Of a stretch of DNA of 64,000 nt, positions 62,729 to 64,000 are shown one piece after another. The DNA is taken from IMG/VR virus record IMGVR_UViG_3300037423_001636, positions 77,169-141,168 of that record; one strand, written 5' to 3'. The notes under the pieces were generated by a model, which was not told the origin of the DNA, did no database searches, and was given only the letters and a program-made list of their open reading frames with translations. Made by a program: the position numbers and the translations under genes. The DNA is from a virus. Lineage: Duplodnaviria; Heunggongvirae; Uroviricota; Caudoviricetes. Position 1 is the stretch's first letter. Each line of letters opens with the position of its first letter.

Positions 62729-63877
62729 ATGGCTACAAAACAACCCAAAACCGACAAAACAGACAAGACCGAAGAGAAAGACAATCTACCGACCGTGGCG
62801 GAACGAGCCGTGGCCATGATGAAAGCCAAGGGCAACAAGGAAAACGTGCTCAATTTCGAAGAGACGCTATACTACAAAACGCGCAGTTCCAGTCTCACCC
62901 TGACAGCCCGAATGGGCGGCGGCTTGCCCGCTGGAGCAGCGCGTTCGGTTGGAATTACAGCGGGAGGAAAGTCAAGCTGCACGCTAGACTTCATGTATCA
63001 ATTCCTAAAGAGCGGTAAGAATCGATTTGGGTTTTATGTGGACGCTGAGGGGCGATTGTCCCCTGAGGTTCGGGAGCGTTCAGGAATCCGATTCGTGCTT
63101 GATCCTGCGCTGTGGGAAGAGGGGACCTGTCTCATTCTAGAGTCCAACGTCTACGAGACCATCTTCGGAATGATTGGTGATTATGTTCGTAACAATCCAA
63201 CGAAGGCGCAGTTTTTCTTCGTTCTGGATTCCATGGACATGATCTGTCGTCAAGAAGACATAGCCAAACCCCTCACAGAATCCCAGCGCGTAGCCGGCGG
63301 CGCTCTGATCACATCGACATTTCTTAAGCAGACTGCTGCGGCTCTGGCCAAGCGTGGTCATACGTGTGTCTTCATCTCTCAGGTCCGCGAGGAGATTAAG
63401 GGGCAGTACGAAGTCCGGATTCCTCGGCAGGGCAACGCGTCTGGCGGCCACGCTCTAGAACATCAAGGTTCATGGGTTTTTCAATTCTTGCCCCGCAATA
63501 AGGACGACAAGATTTTCGACGGCGACAAGGTGATTGGCCATTATTGCAAGGTCCGTCTGGTGAAGACGACGAACGAGTCTGATGGAGTAGAAGTCCGCTA
63601 TCCCATCCGGTATGGTCGCAAAGGCGGCACGTCAGTCTGGGTAGAGCGCGAGATTGGAGATCTTATGCTGGCGTGGGAATGGGTGGAGAAGAAGGAGAAG
63701 AGTTCGTGGCTCAATTTCCCCCAGAAGATTCGCGACGAAGTGAAAGAGGCGACTGGAATCGATATGCCCGAAAAGGTACAAGGCATGGATGCGGTATATG
63801 CGCTTCTGGAGGGCAGTCCCAAGCTGGTAGAGTATTTTTATGACAAGTGCTGCGCGCTGATAGCGAGCGGGGTATGA
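62729..63877 (+). CDS. recA: RecA/UvsX-like recombinase
   Basis: GGGLPAG, Walker A GITAGGKS, VDAEGRL, Walker B VLDSM, FISQVRE, GGHALEH. Confidence 0.9.
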   Translation: MATKQPKTDKTDKTEEKDNLPTVAERAVAMMKAKGNKENVLNFEETLYYKTRSSSLTLTARMGGGLPAGAARSVGITAGGKSSCTLDFMYQFLKSGKNRFGFYVDAEGRLSPEVRERSGIRFVLDPALWEEGTCLILESNVYETIFGMIGDYVRNNPTKAQFFFVLDSMDMICRQEDIAKPLTESQRVAGGALITSTFLKQTAAALAKRGHTCVFISQVREEIKGQYEVRIPRQGNASGGHALEHQGSWVFQFLPRNKDDKIFDGDKVIGHYCKVRLVKTTNESDGVEVRYPIRYGRKGGTSVWVEREIGDLMLAWEWVEKKEKSSWLNFPQKIRDEVKEATGIDMPEKVQGMDAVYALLEGSPKLVEYFYDKCCALIASGV

Positions 63878-64000
63878 AGTTCAAGAAGCTCAATTCCGCT
63901 CGTGAGGTTAATGTCAATGTTTCGAAGTACCTGATTGACTGGGATCACGCTGTATCCAAGCCACAAAAGGCAGTCAAGGATTTCCTCTACCCCTTCTGGA
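63874..64000 (+). CDS. 3'-truncated putative PD-(D/E)XK endonuclease
   Basis: ATGA overlap with recA; KYLIDWD..SK.Q..VKDFL.PFW resembles the N-terminus of phage endonucleases at this position. Confidence 0.45.
   Translation, partial: MKFKKLNSAREVNVNVSKYLIDWDHAVSKPQKAVKDFLYPFW

Noticed and set aside
1-64000. Stop-codon reassignment suggested by the release-factor-like gene
   Set aside because: Long conserved genes are intact under code 11 and end at TAA, TAG and TGA, with tight coupling to the next gene; the protein lacks a codon-reading domain.
1-64000. tRNA/rRNA genes, integrase, transposase, reverse transcriptase/DGR, tail sheath, endolysin
   Set aside because: No supporting motifs seen by eye. 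The GTTCGAA hits lie inside coding regions, and the NlpC/P60 domain belongs to the gpK-like tail protein. tRNAscan and HMM searches would be needed to exclude these fully.

Overview
This is a 64 kb, ~52% GC segment of a large tailed dsDNA phage (Caudoviricetes), probably a long non-contractile-tailed siphovirus. One host-like gene hints weakly at a Verrucomicrobiota host. No cellular housekeeping operons, integrase, tRNA, rRNA or CRISPR array were seen. There are three blocks. (1) + strand, 1-10.2 kb: head module (ERCC4-like nuclease fragment, terminase large subunit, portal, protease/scaffold, decoration protein, major capsid, adaptor, a tail-tube paralog). (2) - strand, 37.9 kb down to 10.2 kb: glycosyltransferases, SSB and a Rad52/Sak-like annealase, then head-closure/tail-completion genes, two more tube paralogs, chaperones, a 1944-aa tape measure and a lambda-like M-L-K-I-J tail tip. 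(3) + strand, 38.5-64 kb: a very large glycan-building cluster, then class Ia ribonucleotide reductase, Gmd, RecA and a nuclease. That cluster holds GT2/GT4/GT9/GT34-like transferases, four methyltransferases, a sulfotransferase-fold protein, a kinase, an epimerase, a split transketolase and a cupin, interrupted by a GGQ release-factor-like gene and a lipoprotein signal peptidase. The most striking features are about 13 soluble glycosyltransferase genes with no visible export or polymerase machinery (candidate virion- or DNA-glycosylation system), a recurrent GTGTAA(A) motif just upstream of 15 mostly structural genes, three duplicated-fold tube paralogs, and a GAA-minihairpin-rich intergenic region. 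All product calls come from motifs read by eye and remembered family signatures; no searches were run.
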